Shown piece by piece: positions 8,683-18,362 of a stretch of DNA of 64,000 nt. Both the position numbers and the translations under genes were made by a program. This DNA is from Chloroflexota bacterium (lineage in GTDB: Bacteria > Chloroflexota > Limnocylindria > Limnocylindrales > CSP1-4), in assembly GCA_003169735.1 (NCBI GenBank), contig PNAP01000007.1, positions 43,738 through 107,737 on the forward strand. The letters are read 5' to 3'. Below the pieces are notes generated by a model. That model saw nothing but the letters and a program-made list of their open reading frames with translations, had not been told where the DNA came from and did not search any database. Position 1 is the stretch's first letter; every line of letters begins with the position of its first letter.

Positions 8683-9189
8683 AACACGCGGACGGTCCGG
8701 CTCATCGCCCTGACAGGGGCGCTCGTCGTAGCGGCATGCACGCAGGGTGCCGCCCCCGCGCCTGCGACTCCCTCGCCGGCGGCGAGCGCGCACGCGCAGT
8801 CGTTCGAAGTCGACTACGACAGCGGCTCGATTCCGCCGCCGGCCAACGACCAGTACCTCCTGACCGGCTCCTTCAGCTCGGACGGAGCGACACTCGCCGT
8901 CCACTACCTGCTGACGTATTCGTCGAGCGCCAAAGACGACATCGACTGGTCTGGCACGCTCACGGGCGACTCGGCCGCGCGGTGGCAGACCCTGGTCGGC
9001 GGGACCGTCCTCGGGCCGATCCCGCCACTGCTGCCCGGCAGCCCCTCATTCACCGTGACCATCACGCCGTACCAGGGTGGCAGCAGCGGCGGCGGCGTCC
9101 CGACGAACCGCGACGCCTGGCAGGCGCTCATCGACGCGGTCGACCAACAGGCACGCGCCGAGCTGGGCAAACCGCGCTCAAGCCCGTGA
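8683..9189 (+). CDS. lipoprotein (signal peptide with lipobox), function unknown
   Basis: 'MNTRTVRLIALTGALVVAACTQG' is a lipoprotein signal peptide with Cys. Only this C-terminal part of track ORF 7768..9189 looks genuine; its stop overlaps the guaD start. Confidence 0.6.
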   Translation, partial: NTRTVRLIALTGALVVAACTQGAAPAPATPSPAASAHAQSFEVDYDSGSIPPPANDQYLLTGSFSSDGATLAVHYLLTYSSSAKDDIDWSGTLTGDSAARWQTLVGGTVLGPIPPLLPGSPSFTVTITPYQGGSSGGGVPTNRDAWQALIDAVDQQARAELGKPRSSP

Positions 9190-10574
9190 GCGCTTCAGCC
9201 GCGCCCGTCCTGCCGGCCACGCCACCGTTCGCGATCCGTGCCCGGCTCCTGACGCCGCTCAACGCGGACGGCGCCACGCGCTACGAACCGGACGCCGTCA
9301 TCGAGGTCGATGCGTCTGGCCGGATCACGTCGATCGAGCCTTGGGAAGCCTGGACGCGCGTTCAACACAGCTCCACTGGCCAGGCCGCCTCGACTGGTCA
9401 GCTCATCGACCTCCGTCCGTGGGTCCTCCTGCCCGGAATGGTCGACCTTCACGTCCACCTGCCGCAGGTCCCAGCGGCCGGCTTTGGCGCCGGGCTCGAC
9501 CTCCTGACCTGGCTTCGCCGGTACATCTTCCCGCTCGAACAGGCCTTCGACGAGGCGACCGCCGAGCGCGTTGCGCCGCGCGTCTTCCGCGCCATGGCTG
9601 CTGCCGGCACGACCACGGCCGTGATGTATGGCGCGATCTGGGCGCCGAGCCTGGACGCGTCCTTCCGAGCCGCCGAGGCCCACGGCATCCGCGCCGTCAT
9701 CGGCAAAGTGATGATGGACGAGCTGACGTACGACGACCGGCTGCCGCGCGACCGCATCCTGGAGACGAGCCTCCAGCAATCGGCGGACCTGTGCCAGCGC
9801 TGGCATGGCAGGGACAACGGGCGGCTCCGCTACGCGTTCACGCCGCGGTTCGCGGTCAGTTGCTCCGGCGACATGCTGCGCGAATCAGCGGCGCTGGCCC
9901 GCTCGACTGGCGCGTACTGGCAGACGCACATCGCCGAGGATCGCGGCGAGATCGCCGAGGTCGCCCGCCGCTTCCCCGATGCCCGCGACTATCTCGATGT
10001 CTACGACCGTGCCGGCGCCCTCGGGGAGCGGACCATCCTCGCCCACGCCATCTATCTCTCGGATCGCGAGTTGGATCGCCTGGTGGAAAGCGGCTCCCGC
10101 ATCGCCCATTGCCCGGAGTCCAACCTGTTCCTGGCAAGTGGCCTGATGCCGCTTGCCCGCTATCGGCGGCGTGGCGCGATGGTCGGTCTCGGCTCGGATG
10201 TCGCGGCGGGACCGGCGCTCTCGCTCTTCGAGCAGATGCGCATCGGCTTCTACGCGCAGAACGCGCTGCACGTCACGACCGACGACCCGAGCGCCATCCT
10301 CGATCCGCTGGACTGGTTGCGTATGGGCACGCTCGATGGCGCGCGGATGCTCGGCCTGGACGCGGAGATCGGCTCGCTGGAGGTCGGCAAGGAAGCCGAC
10401 CTCATCGCCGTCGACGCAGCACTGACCGAGCCGCTACCCGGCGTGGACGTGCACCACCCGGTCGAGTTCGAAGGCCCGGACCAGCCTTCCGACCTGATGA
10501 GCCGCCTGATGTTCCGAGCTCACCCCGAGATGGTGCGCGGTGCTTGGGTCCGAGGCCGCCTGCTGCAACGCTAG
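9186..10574 (+). CDS. guaD: guanine deaminase / amidohydrolase-family aminohydrolase
   Basis: 'MVDLHVHLPQ' metal-binding HxH, 'WQTHIAED', and an overall amidohydrolase fold typical of guanine deaminase. GTG start at 9186 in the frame of track ORF 8670..10574. The Arg-rich N-terminal extension of the track ORF is rejected. Confidence 0.8.
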   Translation: MSASAAPVLPATPPFAIRARLLTPLNADGATRYEPDAVIEVDASGRITSIEPWEAWTRVQHSSTGQAASTGQLIDLRPWVLLPGMVDLHVHLPQVPAAGFGAGLDLLTWLRRYIFPLEQAFDEATAERVAPRVFRAMAAAGTTTAVMYGAIWAPSLDASFRAAEAHGIRAVIGKVMMDELTYDDRLPRDRILETSLQQSADLCQRWHGRDNGRLRYAFTPRFAVSCSGDMLRESAALARSTGAYWQTHIAEDRGEIAEVARRFPDARDYLDVYDRAGALGERTILAHAIYLSDRELDRLVESGSRIAHCPESNLFLASGLMPLARYRRRGAMVGLGSDVAAGPALSLFEQMRIGFYAQNALHVTTDDPSAILDPLDWLRMGTLDGARMLGLDAEIGSLEVGKEADLIAVDAALTEPLPGVDVHHPVEFEGPDQPSDLMSRLMFRAHPEMVRGAWVRGRLLQR

Positions 10575-10581
10575 GCGAGGC

Positions 10582-11709
10582 TCAGCCCGCGGTCCCTCCG
10601 CAGAAGTCGTCGGTGGTGCCCTCGTCGCTGCCGAAGAACACGTCGTAGAGCTGGCCGACATGGACGGCCTTGCCGTCCTGGTGCGACGACGATGGCCAGT
10701 ACCAGAACATGTCGATGGCCACCCGATAGCTTTCGTGCGTGCCCGGGTCGGCGAACGTGTAGGTCCGACCGGACCACTGGGCGTTGTAACCGCCGGTTGC
10801 CGACGCCTTGACGATCGTGCTGGTCGAAAGATCGTGCCAATCCGCGCTCGAGTTGACGTCCCCATCGTTGTACTGGATCCGGTAGCGCCAGCCGACGGTC
10901 TGCGCGTGCGTCCCCGACACACGGCTGCTCGCATAGACGATCGGAGCACGGATCGTCAACGTCCTCAGCGTGTCTTCGCTGGTGGTGCTGTAGATGCAGC
11001 GCGCCTCCGGATACTCAGCCACATCGATCAGATCATGGGCGCCGTAATGGCCGCTGTGGCCGGGAAAACTGGCGGCGCTTGGCGCTGGCGCGGTCTGCAC
11101 GGCAGCCGGTCGGCCAGACTCGAAGCTTTCGCAATAGTCCGGGGTGATGAGCTGGACGCCCACCTCCCCGGACCCCTCGAGGACATGCTCGTAGTAGCCG
11201 TCAATTTGGCTGGCTGTGCCGACCGGGTTGGTGACGCCGGACGCGTACCAGAACGCCTCGACCACGACTTCGTAGCGAACCCCGGAGACCGGATCGACGG
11301 CGTGACTCCAGCGCGGGAACATCGCGTTGCGCTTGGCCGTGGCCGCCGACGTCTGGATGGCGCTCTCGTCGATCACCGTGTACACGTCGTCGCCGGAGGC
11401 GGCGTTCGACCAGATCTGGTACTGCACGCCGACGGTCTGGGTGCCCGCACCCTTCGTGCCGAAGATGATGGGACGGCGGATGGTGATCTTGTCGATAAGG
11501 TCCGTGCCCGCCTGGCTCTGGCAGATCGTGCCGGCGTACTCGGTGTTGTCGAGCAGGATGTGCACCCCATACGTGCCCGTCTCACCGCTGGTCTCGCCGG
11601 CCAGCACGGGGGCCGCGCCCAGCGCCATGGCCGCCAACGCGACGAGCAGGGTCGACAGGCCGGCGCGCCGCGTGATGGTTCGAACTCGGAGCCGTCGAAA
11701 CGCTGTCAT
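10582..11709 (-). CDS. secreted protein of unknown family with an internal two-domain duplication (paralog A)
   Basis: Signal peptide 'LLVALAAMALGAAPVLAGE'. Two ~140-aa repeats, each starting 'G(T/H)YG(V/A)H(I/D)L(L/I)D...EYP..C' and ending 'W(S/H)H...Y(R/E)VV(V/I)...FWY'. ATG at 11709 is preceded by a GAGGT Shine-Dalgarno-like sequence. Confidence 0.6.
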   Translation of the reverse strand: MTAFRRLRVRTITRRAGLSTLLVALAAMALGAAPVLAGETSGETGTYGVHILLDNTEYAGTICQSQAGTDLIDKITIRRPIIFGTKGAGTQTVGVQYQIWSNAASGDDVYTVIDESAIQTSAATAKRNAMFPRWSHAVDPVSGVRYEVVVEAFWYASGVTNPVGTASQIDGYYEHVLEGSGEVGVQLITPDYCESFESGRPAAVQTAPAPSAASFPGHSGHYGAHDLIDVAEYPEARCIYSTTSEDTLRTLTIRAPIVYASSRVSGTHAQTVGWRYRIQYNDGDVNSSADWHDLSTSTIVKASATGGYNAQWSGRTYTFADPGTHESYRVAIDMFWYWPSSSHQDGKAVHVGQLYDVFFGSDEGTTDDFCGGTAG

Positions 11710-11777
11710 CGGGACCTCGGGTGCGGCGTGGCCCACGAGGCTACAGCAGGATCGCATGAACGGTCAGCAGGTGAGGT

Positions 11778-12872
11778 TCAGCCGCCGGTCGCTCCGCAGT
11801 ACCCAGGGTTGTTGCCCAGGTCGGTCCCGAGGACCACGTCGGTGACCTGGCCGACGTGCACCGCCTTGCCGTCCTGGTGCGACGCCGATGGCCAGTACCA
11901 GAACATGTCGATCACGATGCGGTAGAAGACGTGCGCGGTCGCGTGGGTGAGCGAATAGGTCCGACCGGACCACTGCGCGTTGTAGCTGCCGGTCGCCGAG
12001 GCCTTGACGACCGAGCTCGTCGAGAGGTCGTGCCAATCCGCGCTGGAGTTGAAGCTCACATCGTTGTATTGGATGCGGTATCGCCAGCCAACGGTCTGTC
12101 GTCCCGAGGTACCGACGCGGTCGCTCGCGTAGACGATGGGCGCACGGATGGTCATCGTCTTGAGCGCAAGATGGCCGGTCGAGCTGTAGACGCAGCGCGT
12201 CTCCGGGTACTCCTGATCGTCGATCAGATCATGCGCGCCGTAGTGATCGCTGTGGCCTGGAGGGTCGCCGACCAGGCCGTCAGGGATCGAGACGCTTCGG
12301 ACGCCGCCAGCGCGTTCGCCTTCGGAGCTCTCGCAGTCGTTCGGGGTGATCGAATGCCCGCCGGCGTCGCCGGTCGCCGCGAGCTGGTGGTCGTAGTACG
12401 CCCCGATCTGGACCGCGGTGCCGACGGGTGTGGTTCCGTCCGGGCCGTACCAGTAGTCGGTGACGACCACGCGATAGGTCAATTCCGTCGGCACGATCGC
12501 GTGGCTCCAGCGCGGGAACATCGCGTTGTGGTTGGGCGTGGCGGTCGCCTTCCGCAGCGGGCTCGCGTCCAGCAGGGTGTAGGTATCGTCGCTCGCCGTG
12601 CTGACCTTCGACTCTATGGTCGTCACCTCGCCGACGCGCTGCGAGGCCACACCGCTCGTAGCGAAGATGATCGGTCGCCGGACGGTGATCTTGTCGATGA
12701 GATCCGTGCCCGTCTCGCTGGCGCAGATCGCGCCGGGATACTCGGGGTTGTCCAGCAGGATGTGTACGCCGTACGTGCCCGTCTCACTCGGAGTGCCGGC
12801 CACGACCGGCGCGACGCTGAGCGCGATCGATACGACCACGACCGCCAGGCCTGAAACGAGCGCACGCGACAT
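11778..12872 (-). CDS. secreted protein, paralog B of the upstream gene (same two-domain architecture)
   Basis: Signal peptide 'LAVVVVSIALSVAPVVAG'. About 60% identity to paralog A, including the conserved tail 'SHQDGKAVHVGQ...D...G...CG.TGG'. DNA-level similarity is visible at the 3' ends. Confidence 0.6.
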   Translation of the reverse strand: MSRALVSGLAVVVVSIALSVAPVVAGTPSETGTYGVHILLDNPEYPGAICASETGTDLIDKITVRRPIIFATSGVASQRVGEVTTIESKVSTASDDTYTLLDASPLRKATATPNHNAMFPRWSHAIVPTELTYRVVVTDYWYGPDGTTPVGTAVQIGAYYDHQLAATGDAGGHSITPNDCESSEGERAGGVRSVSIPDGLVGDPPGHSDHYGAHDLIDDQEYPETRCVYSSTGHLALKTMTIRAPIVYASDRVGTSGRQTVGWRYRIQYNDVSFNSSADWHDLSTSSVVKASATGSYNAQWSGRTYSLTHATAHVFYRIVIDMFWYWPSASHQDGKAVHVGQVTDVVLGTDLGNNPGYCGATGG

Positions 12873-12941
12873 GGTGACCTCTGGCTCCGATGCTAAGGGC
12901 GGAGGCTACATCACCGTTGGACCGTGGGCTAGCCTAAACAG

Positions 12942-14546
12942 GTGAACGACTGCGATGTGCTCATCGAGGGCGGCACGGTCATCGACGGGACCGGAAGCGC
13001 GGGTTTCGCGGGGGCGGTGGCGATCACCGGAGATCGATTGCGCATCATTCCCGCTGGCGCCGCCACGGAGATGCGGGCCGGCCGGCGCATCGACGCGACC
13101 GGCCTGGTGGTCGCGCCCGGCTTCATCGATCTGCATAGCCACTCCGGCTTGATGATCCTGGCCGACCCGCGCCACGAACCGAAGGTGCGGCAGGGCGTCA
13201 CGACCGAGGTCATCGGCGTCGACGGGAACTCGTACGCGCCATTCTGTCGCCGCGAGGACCTGGCCGCGTTCGTCAGGCTCAACGCCGGCCTGGATGGCAT
13301 CCCCGACATCGCCTACGACTGGGACACGGTCCTGAGCTACCTCTCGCGGTTCGACCGGAAGGTGAGCGTCAACCTCTGCTATCTCGTGGGCAATTCGGCG
13401 CTGCGAATCGATGCCGTCGGCTGGGACGACGTGCCGGCCGATGCGGCGGCGGTCGCCCGGATGCGCGCGCTGCTGCGCGTGGCGATGGAGGAAGGCGCCT
13501 TCGGCGTCTCGTCCGGCCTCGATTACCCGCCCGGCGCCTTCGCCTCGACCGACGAACTGGCCGCGCTTACGGCCGAAGCATCGGCGCTTGGCGGCATCTA
13601 CCACACCCATGTCCGGTACGCGCTGGGCGACCGATTCCTGGACCCGTTCCGCGAGGCGGTCGAGATCGGCCGGCGCGGGGGCGGGCCGGTCCACATCACG
13701 CACTTCTACCACCGCGCGACCTACCCGGGCACTCCGGAACAGATGCTCGGCCTGGTCGATGACGCGCGTGCCAACGGTGTTGATGTGACCTTCGACAGCT
13801 ACCCCTACGAGTGGGCAAGCACACGGCTGCTGATCATGTTGCCGCCGTGGGTCCAGGCCGGCGGCCCCGAGCCTTTGAAGGAGCGCCTCGCCGATCGCGC
13901 CGTCCGGGATCGGCTGCGCGACGAGATCGACGTCCGCGGCCGCAGCTATGCCGGCGCGAATCCGTGGGACGACCTGCGCCTCGGCTACTTTGCCCTTGCC
14001 GAGAACGCCCAGTGGGAGGGTCGGACGCTCGGGGAGTACATGGCCGCGACTGGCCTCGATGTCGTGGATGCCATCTGCGACCTGCTGCTGGCCGAGGATC
14101 TGCGCGTCAACGAGGTCACGCCCGGACCGTGGACGGGCGGGCTGCCGCCGTTCATCCGCCATCCGGTCGGCATGATCGGCACCGATTCGACGTTCATCGG
14201 CGCCAAGCCGAGTCCCCGCACCTACGGCTCGTTCCCGCGCGTGCTTGGCGAGTTCGTGCGCGACCTGCGCATCCTGCCGCTCGCAGAGGCGATCCGAAAG
14301 ATCACCTCGGCGCCGGCGGCGCGTCTCGGGCTCACCGACCGCGGCGTGATCCGCGACGGCATGAGGGCCGACCTGTGCCTCTTCGATCCACTGACGGTGC
14401 GGGCCACTGCCACCTACGATGATCCGCGCCAGTTCCCGGTCGGCATCCCCTATGTCATCGTCAACGGCCAGATCGTCGTGGATCGCGGCGAGCACACCGG
14501 CGCGCTGCCCGGCCGCGCCCTTCGACGAGGCCGCGCTGATGACTGA
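12942..14546 (+). CDS. N-acyl-D-amino-acid deacylase (D-aminoacylase)-family amidohydrolase
   Basis: 'GFIDLHSHS' metal-binding motif and a D-aminoacylase-like overall layout (534 aa). GTG start. Confidence 0.8.
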   Translation: MNDCDVLIEGGTVIDGTGSAGFAGAVAITGDRLRIIPAGAATEMRAGRRIDATGLVVAPGFIDLHSHSGLMILADPRHEPKVRQGVTTEVIGVDGNSYAPFCRREDLAAFVRLNAGLDGIPDIAYDWDTVLSYLSRFDRKVSVNLCYLVGNSALRIDAVGWDDVPADAAAVARMRALLRVAMEEGAFGVSSGLDYPPGAFASTDELAALTAEASALGGIYHTHVRYALGDRFLDPFREAVEIGRRGGGPVHITHFYHRATYPGTPEQMLGLVDDARANGVDVTFDSYPYEWASTRLLIMLPPWVQAGGPEPLKERLADRAVRDRLRDEIDVRGRSYAGANPWDDLRLGYFALAENAQWEGRTLGEYMAATGLDVVDAICDLLLAEDLRVNEVTPGPWTGGLPPFIRHPVGMIGTDSTFIGAKPSPRTYGSFPRVLGEFVRDLRILPLAEAIRKITSAPAARLGLTDRGVIRDGMRADLCLFDPLTVRATATYDDPRQFPVGIPYVIVNGQIVVDRGEHTGALPGRALRRGRADD

Positions 14547-15414
14547 AGCGGCGACTTCCACGCGGCGCTATGGCGCCCAGAGCATGACCGCGCCACTCCG
14601 CGAGGTGCTCGTCAAGCGGCCGGGCGAAGCGTTCGGCCGAGCCTTCGATCACCCAGCCCACGGCTTCCGCCACCCGGTTGACCTTGTGCGAGCCCAGCGT
14701 GAACACGACACGTTCGTCGATCTGCTGGTGCGACTCGGCGTGACGGTCCATGAACTCGGCACGGAGATGGGCTCGCCCGACCTGACCTACACGTTCGACC
14801 CGCTGCTGGTGACCGATTCGGGCGCCATCCCCCTCCGCTCGGGCAAGGCGAACCGCCTGGGCGAGGAGGAGGCGATCCAGGCCTGGACCTCGGCGCACGG
14901 CATCCCGACCAGGGGCCGGATCGAGAGCCCCGGCACGGTCGACGGCGGCGACACGTTCTGGCTGCGGCCGGAACTCTTCTGCATCGGCCGGTCACTGAGG
15001 ACGAATCGCCACGGCGCCGAGCAGCTGGCCGAGATCGTCGGCGGCGACGTGCGCATCTTCGACGTGCCGTACGGCGAGGGTCCGTCGGAGTGTCTCCACC
15101 TGCTGAGCCTGCTGTCGCCCATCGCCGACGACCTGGCGGTGGTCTACCTGCCACTCCTGCCGGCCGGCCTGCATGAGCTCCTCAGCGACGAGGGCATCCG
15201 CTACGTGCCGGTCCCGCCCGAGGAGTTCCCGACCCAGGCACCGAATATCCTCGCCGTTCGCCCGGGCGTGCTGATCATGATGTCCGGCAACCCGCACACC
15301 GAGCGTGCCCTGCGCGCCCACGGCTGCGAGGTCCACACCTATGAGGCGCTCGAACTCGGGATCAACGGCAGCGGCGGCCCGACCTGCCTGACGCGGCCGC
15401 TCCTGCGCGGCTGA
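14539..15414 (+). CDS. amidinotransferase-superfamily enzyme (dimethylarginine dimethylaminohydrolase / arginine deiminase-like)
   Basis: C-terminal catalytic Cys in 'GGPTCLTRPL' and a DDAH-like layout. Start taken at ATG 14539, overlapping the upstream stop by 8 bp; the alternative start is ATG ~14584. Confidence 0.7.
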   Translation: MTEAATSTRRYGAQSMTAPLREVLVKRPGEAFGRAFDHPAHGFRHPVDLVRAQREHDTFVDLLVRLGVTVHELGTEMGSPDLTYTFDPLLVTDSGAIPLRSGKANRLGEEEAIQAWTSAHGIPTRGRIESPGTVDGGDTFWLRPELFCIGRSLRTNRHGAEQLAEIVGGDVRIFDVPYGEGPSECLHLLSLLSPIADDLAVVYLPLLPAGLHELLSDEGIRYVPVPPEEFPTQAPNILAVRPGVLIMMSGNPHTERALRAHGCEVHTYEALELGINGSGGPTCLTRPLLRG

Positions 15415-15438
15415 ACTTCGGCCCAGGGGCCGAACCAG

Positions 15439-15945
15439 CTAGGTCGGCGCTCCCGGCTTGAACACCATCATGATCACGATCAGGACGATGAGGAGCGAGA
15501 CGACCATCCCGGCCATCTGCTGACGCTTGATCAGAGCGACAAGATGCGCTGGCGGCCCGGATGGCAGGGCTGATCCGGGAGCTGGCGTCGGCGGCGGCCC
15601 GCTCGTCGCCGCGATGAGCGCCCTTGCGTTGGGCAGCATCACGAAGAGGGAGATCGACAGGGCGATCACGTAGAAGAGGATCCCCAGCCCGAGCCACACC
15701 TCGGTGACGCTGTGGCCCGATCGCCAGATGAGGGCGATGCCGGTGAGGCCCACCCAGATGGCGACGGGCAACACCATCCGCTCTGAGAGCCGATACGTCA
15801 GGCGGATGGCGAAATTGACGTGCTGCGGCTCCTTGCCACCCATCGCCCCGATGATCGGGAATGCGAACGTCGGGCCGAACGCGACGATCGCTCCACCGAT
15901 GTGCAGGAACAGGAAGGTCAGGAGCACGAGGTCTGTCGAGTTCAC
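15439..15945 (-). CDS. integral membrane protein (DUF2269-like, 4 TM)
   Basis: Four hydrophobic helices and a Pro-rich loop. There is no competing ORF with features. Confidence 0.55.
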   Translation of the reverse strand: MNSTDLVLLTFLFLHIGGAIVAFGPTFAFPIIGAMGGKEPQHVNFAIRLTYRLSERMVLPVAIWVGLTGIALIWRSGHSVTEVWLGLGILFYVIALSISLFVMLPNARALIAATSGPPPTPAPGSALPSGPPAHLVALIKRQQMAGMVVSLLIVLIVIMMVFKPGAPT

Positions 15946-16046
15946 AAGATCCTCCGTGTGGCAGGGTCAGATCTGGACGGAACCGTCACTTCTACGGTAG
16001 CGCGGCGCGACGGGGCCTCGCTCGGCCATCGCGCAGGCTTGTACCA

Positions 16047-18362
16047 TCGGTCGGGATGACGGTCACGACACGTCCGATCCGGTCCGAGCCGACGGTCTCA
16101 CCCGCAGCTCCATCAGGGCTCGTGGCGCCAGTGTCGGGCGAGATCGGCGTCGGGCGAGCCGACGCCGACGCCACGCCGCGTCGGCGTGAAGGCCCGGAGA
16201 AACTGACCGGCGCCGCGAAATACGCTGATGACCTCGTCGTCCCGGGTGCCTGGTACGGCGCGACCATCCGCTCCACCGAGGCCCATGCCCGCCTGCTCGG
16301 CATCGACCTCGATCCGGACTTCGACTGGTCGAAGGTGGTCGTCGTGACCGCCGCCGACATCCCCGGCGAGAACGTGGTCAGTCTCATCTCGGACGATCAG
16401 CCGGCGCTCGTCTCGACCGAGATCCGCCACCACGCCGAACCGGTCGCGCTCATCGCCGCGCCCGATCGCGCCACGTTGCGCGGGGCCCGACGACGCATCC
16501 GCCTCCGCACGGAGCCGCTGCCGGCGGTCTTCGATCCGCTCGAATCGAGGCAGCAGTTCGCTCACTTCGAGCTTGCCGAGGGCGACATCGACGCCGGCTT
16601 CGCCGAGGCCGACCTGGTCATCGAGGGGACCTACCGTGTCGGCCACCAGGAACAGCTCTACATCGAGAACCAGGCCATGATCGCCATACCGCGCGACGAC
16701 GGCGGCGTCACGGTGCAGGGCTCGCTCCAGTGCCCGTACTACATCCACAAGGCACTCAAACGCGCTCTCGCGTTGTCCGGCGACCAGGCCGTGGTCGTCC
16801 AGACCGAGACCGGCGGCGGCTTCGGTGGCAAGGAGGAGTACCCCTCCATGATCGCCATCCACGCGGCGCTGTTGGCGCGGCGCTGCGGCAAACCGGTGCG
16901 CATGATCTACGAGCGCCACGAGGATCTGGCGGCGACCACCAAGCGGCACCCGGCCATCGTCCGGTACCGGAGCGGCGTCACGCATGACGGCCGGCTGGTC
17001 GCCCAGGACATCGAGGTCATCATGGACGGCGGCGCTTATTGCACGCTTACGCCGGTAGTCCTGTCGCGCGGCACCATCCACGCCGGCGGCCCCTATCGCT
17101 GCCCGAACGTGCGAATCCGTGGTCGGGCGATGGCCACCAACACGCCGCCGAACGGCGCCTTCCGCGGCTTCGGCGCGCCGCAGACCGAATTCGCGGCCGA
17201 GATGCAGGCCAATCGCGCGGCAGAAGCGCTGGGCATCTCACCGCTCGAGTTGCGGCGGCGTTGGGTCTATCGCGAGGGCGACACGACGCCGACCGGCCAG
17301 GTCCTGCGCGAGAGCGTCGGCGGCGAGGAGGTGCTCGAGCGGGCGGCCGAGGCGAGCGGCTTCGAGCGCGTCCGCGAGCTGACCCGCATCGGCCGGCATG
17401 CCCGGACGAGCCGCCAGCGCACGGCGTCTGGCATCGGCCTCGCGCTCGCCTGGCACGGCGCCGGGTTCACCGGCAGCGGCGAGGTCAAGCTGGCCAGCGT
17501 GGCCAGCATCGAGTTGACGCACGACGGCAGGATCCGCGTCCTGAGCGCCTCGACCGAGATGGGCCAGGGCACCAAGACGATCTTCCCGCAACTCGTCTCG
17601 CAGGAGCTTGGCGTGCCGTACGAGGCGGTCGAGATCGCGGTGCCGGACACCTCGGTCGTGCCGGACAGCGGCCCGACGGTCGCGTCGCGCACCGCGATGG
17701 TCGTCGGCGGGCTGCTCATCAAGGCCGCGCGTCGGCTGCGATCGCTGGTCGAGGACGCGACCGGGCGGACCTTCGCCGATTCGTACCGCGAGTACGCCGC
17801 GAGCCACGGCGGCGCGCGCGTCGACCAGCGCTTCGAGCCGTATCCGGATGTCTCGTTCGACGACGACACCTACCGCGGCGATGCGTATCCGTGCTACGGC
17901 TGGGCGGCCGCCGTGGCCGAGGTCGACGTCGATCTCGATACGGGCGAGGTCGCGGTGCGCCACGTGGTCGCCGTAGATGACGTTGGCAAGGTCATCCACC
18001 GCGTGCTGGCCGAGGGGCAGGTCGAGGGCGGCACGCTCCAGGCCGTTGGTTACGCGACGATCGAGGAGATCAAACTCCAGGACGGCCGCTACCTGAACGA
18101 CCGCCTCGCGACCTACCTGATCCCGACCGCGATGGACGCTCCCCACATCAGCACCATCCTCGTCGAGAAGCCGTTCAGCGGTTCGCCGCACGGGGCGAAG
18201 GGCGTCGGCGAGCTGCCCATGGACGTCGGGGCGCCGGCTGTGGTCGCCGCCATCCACGACGCGGTCGGCGTCTGGATCCACGATCTGCCCGCCTCGCCGG
18301 AGCGGATCCTTGCGGCGCTCGCCGCAAAGGGCGACGCCCGCGCGGGCACGCGTCCCGCATGA
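16047..18362 (+). CDS. xanthine dehydrogenase-family molybdopterin-binding large subunit
   Basis: Aldehyde-oxidase/xanthine-dehydrogenase a/b hammerhead and MoCo-binding domains ('GGGFGGKE', 'QVEGG'). ATG at 16047 is in the frame of track ORF 15861..18362. 4-bp overlap with the 2Fe-2S subunit gene. Confidence 0.85.
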   Translation, partial: SVGMTVTTRPIRSEPTVSPAAPSGLVAPVSGEIGVGRADADATPRRREGPEKLTGAAKYADDLVVPGAWYGATIRSTEAHARLLGIDLDPDFDWSKVVVVTAADIPGENVVSLISDDQPALVSTEIRHHAEPVALIAAPDRATLRGARRRIRLRTEPLPAVFDPLESRQQFAHFELAEGDIDAGFAEADLVIEGTYRVGHQEQLYIENQAMIAIPRDDGGVTVQGSLQCPYYIHKALKRALALSGDQAVVVQTETGGGFGGKEEYPSMIAIHAALLARRCGKPVRMIYERHEDLAATTKRHPAIVRYRSGVTHDGRLVAQDIEVIMDGGAYCTLTPVVLSRGTIHAGGPYRCPNVRIRGRAMATNTPPNGAFRGFGAPQTEFAAEMQANRAAEALGISPLELRRRWVYREGDTTPTGQVLRESVGGEEVLERAAEASGFERVRELTRIGRHARTSRQRTASGIGLALAWHGAGFTGSGEVKLASVASIELTHDGRIRVLSASTEMGQGTKTIFPQLVSQELGVPYEAVEIAVPDTSVVPDSGPTVASRTAMVVGGLLIKAARRLRSLVEDATGRTFADSYREYAASHGGARVDQRFEPYPDVSFDDDTYRGDAYPCYGWAAAVAEVDVDLDTGEVAVRHVVAVDDVGKVIHRVLAEGQVEGGTLQAVGYATIEEIKLQDGRYLNDRLATYLIPTAMDAPHISTILVEKPFSGSPHGAKGVGELPMDVGAPAVVAAIHDAVGVWIHDLPASPERILAALAAKGDARAGTRPA

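Noticed and set aside
8670-9185. N-terminal 170 aa of track ORF 8670..10574 and the first ~300 aa of ORF 7768..9189
   Set aside because: Arg-rich junk that is antisense to or overlaps real genes. Only the lipoprotein (8683..9189) and the guanine deaminase from GTG 9186 carry recognisable features.
12906-14561. 551-aa minus-strand ORF antisense to the D-aminoacylase gene
   Set aside because: Shadow ORF. The plus strand encodes a full-length amidohydrolase with metal-binding motifs.
15415-15438. Short GC hairpin (ttcggcc...ggccgaa) between convergent genes
   Set aside because: Could be a terminator but has no U-tract and a very short loop. Too weak to call.
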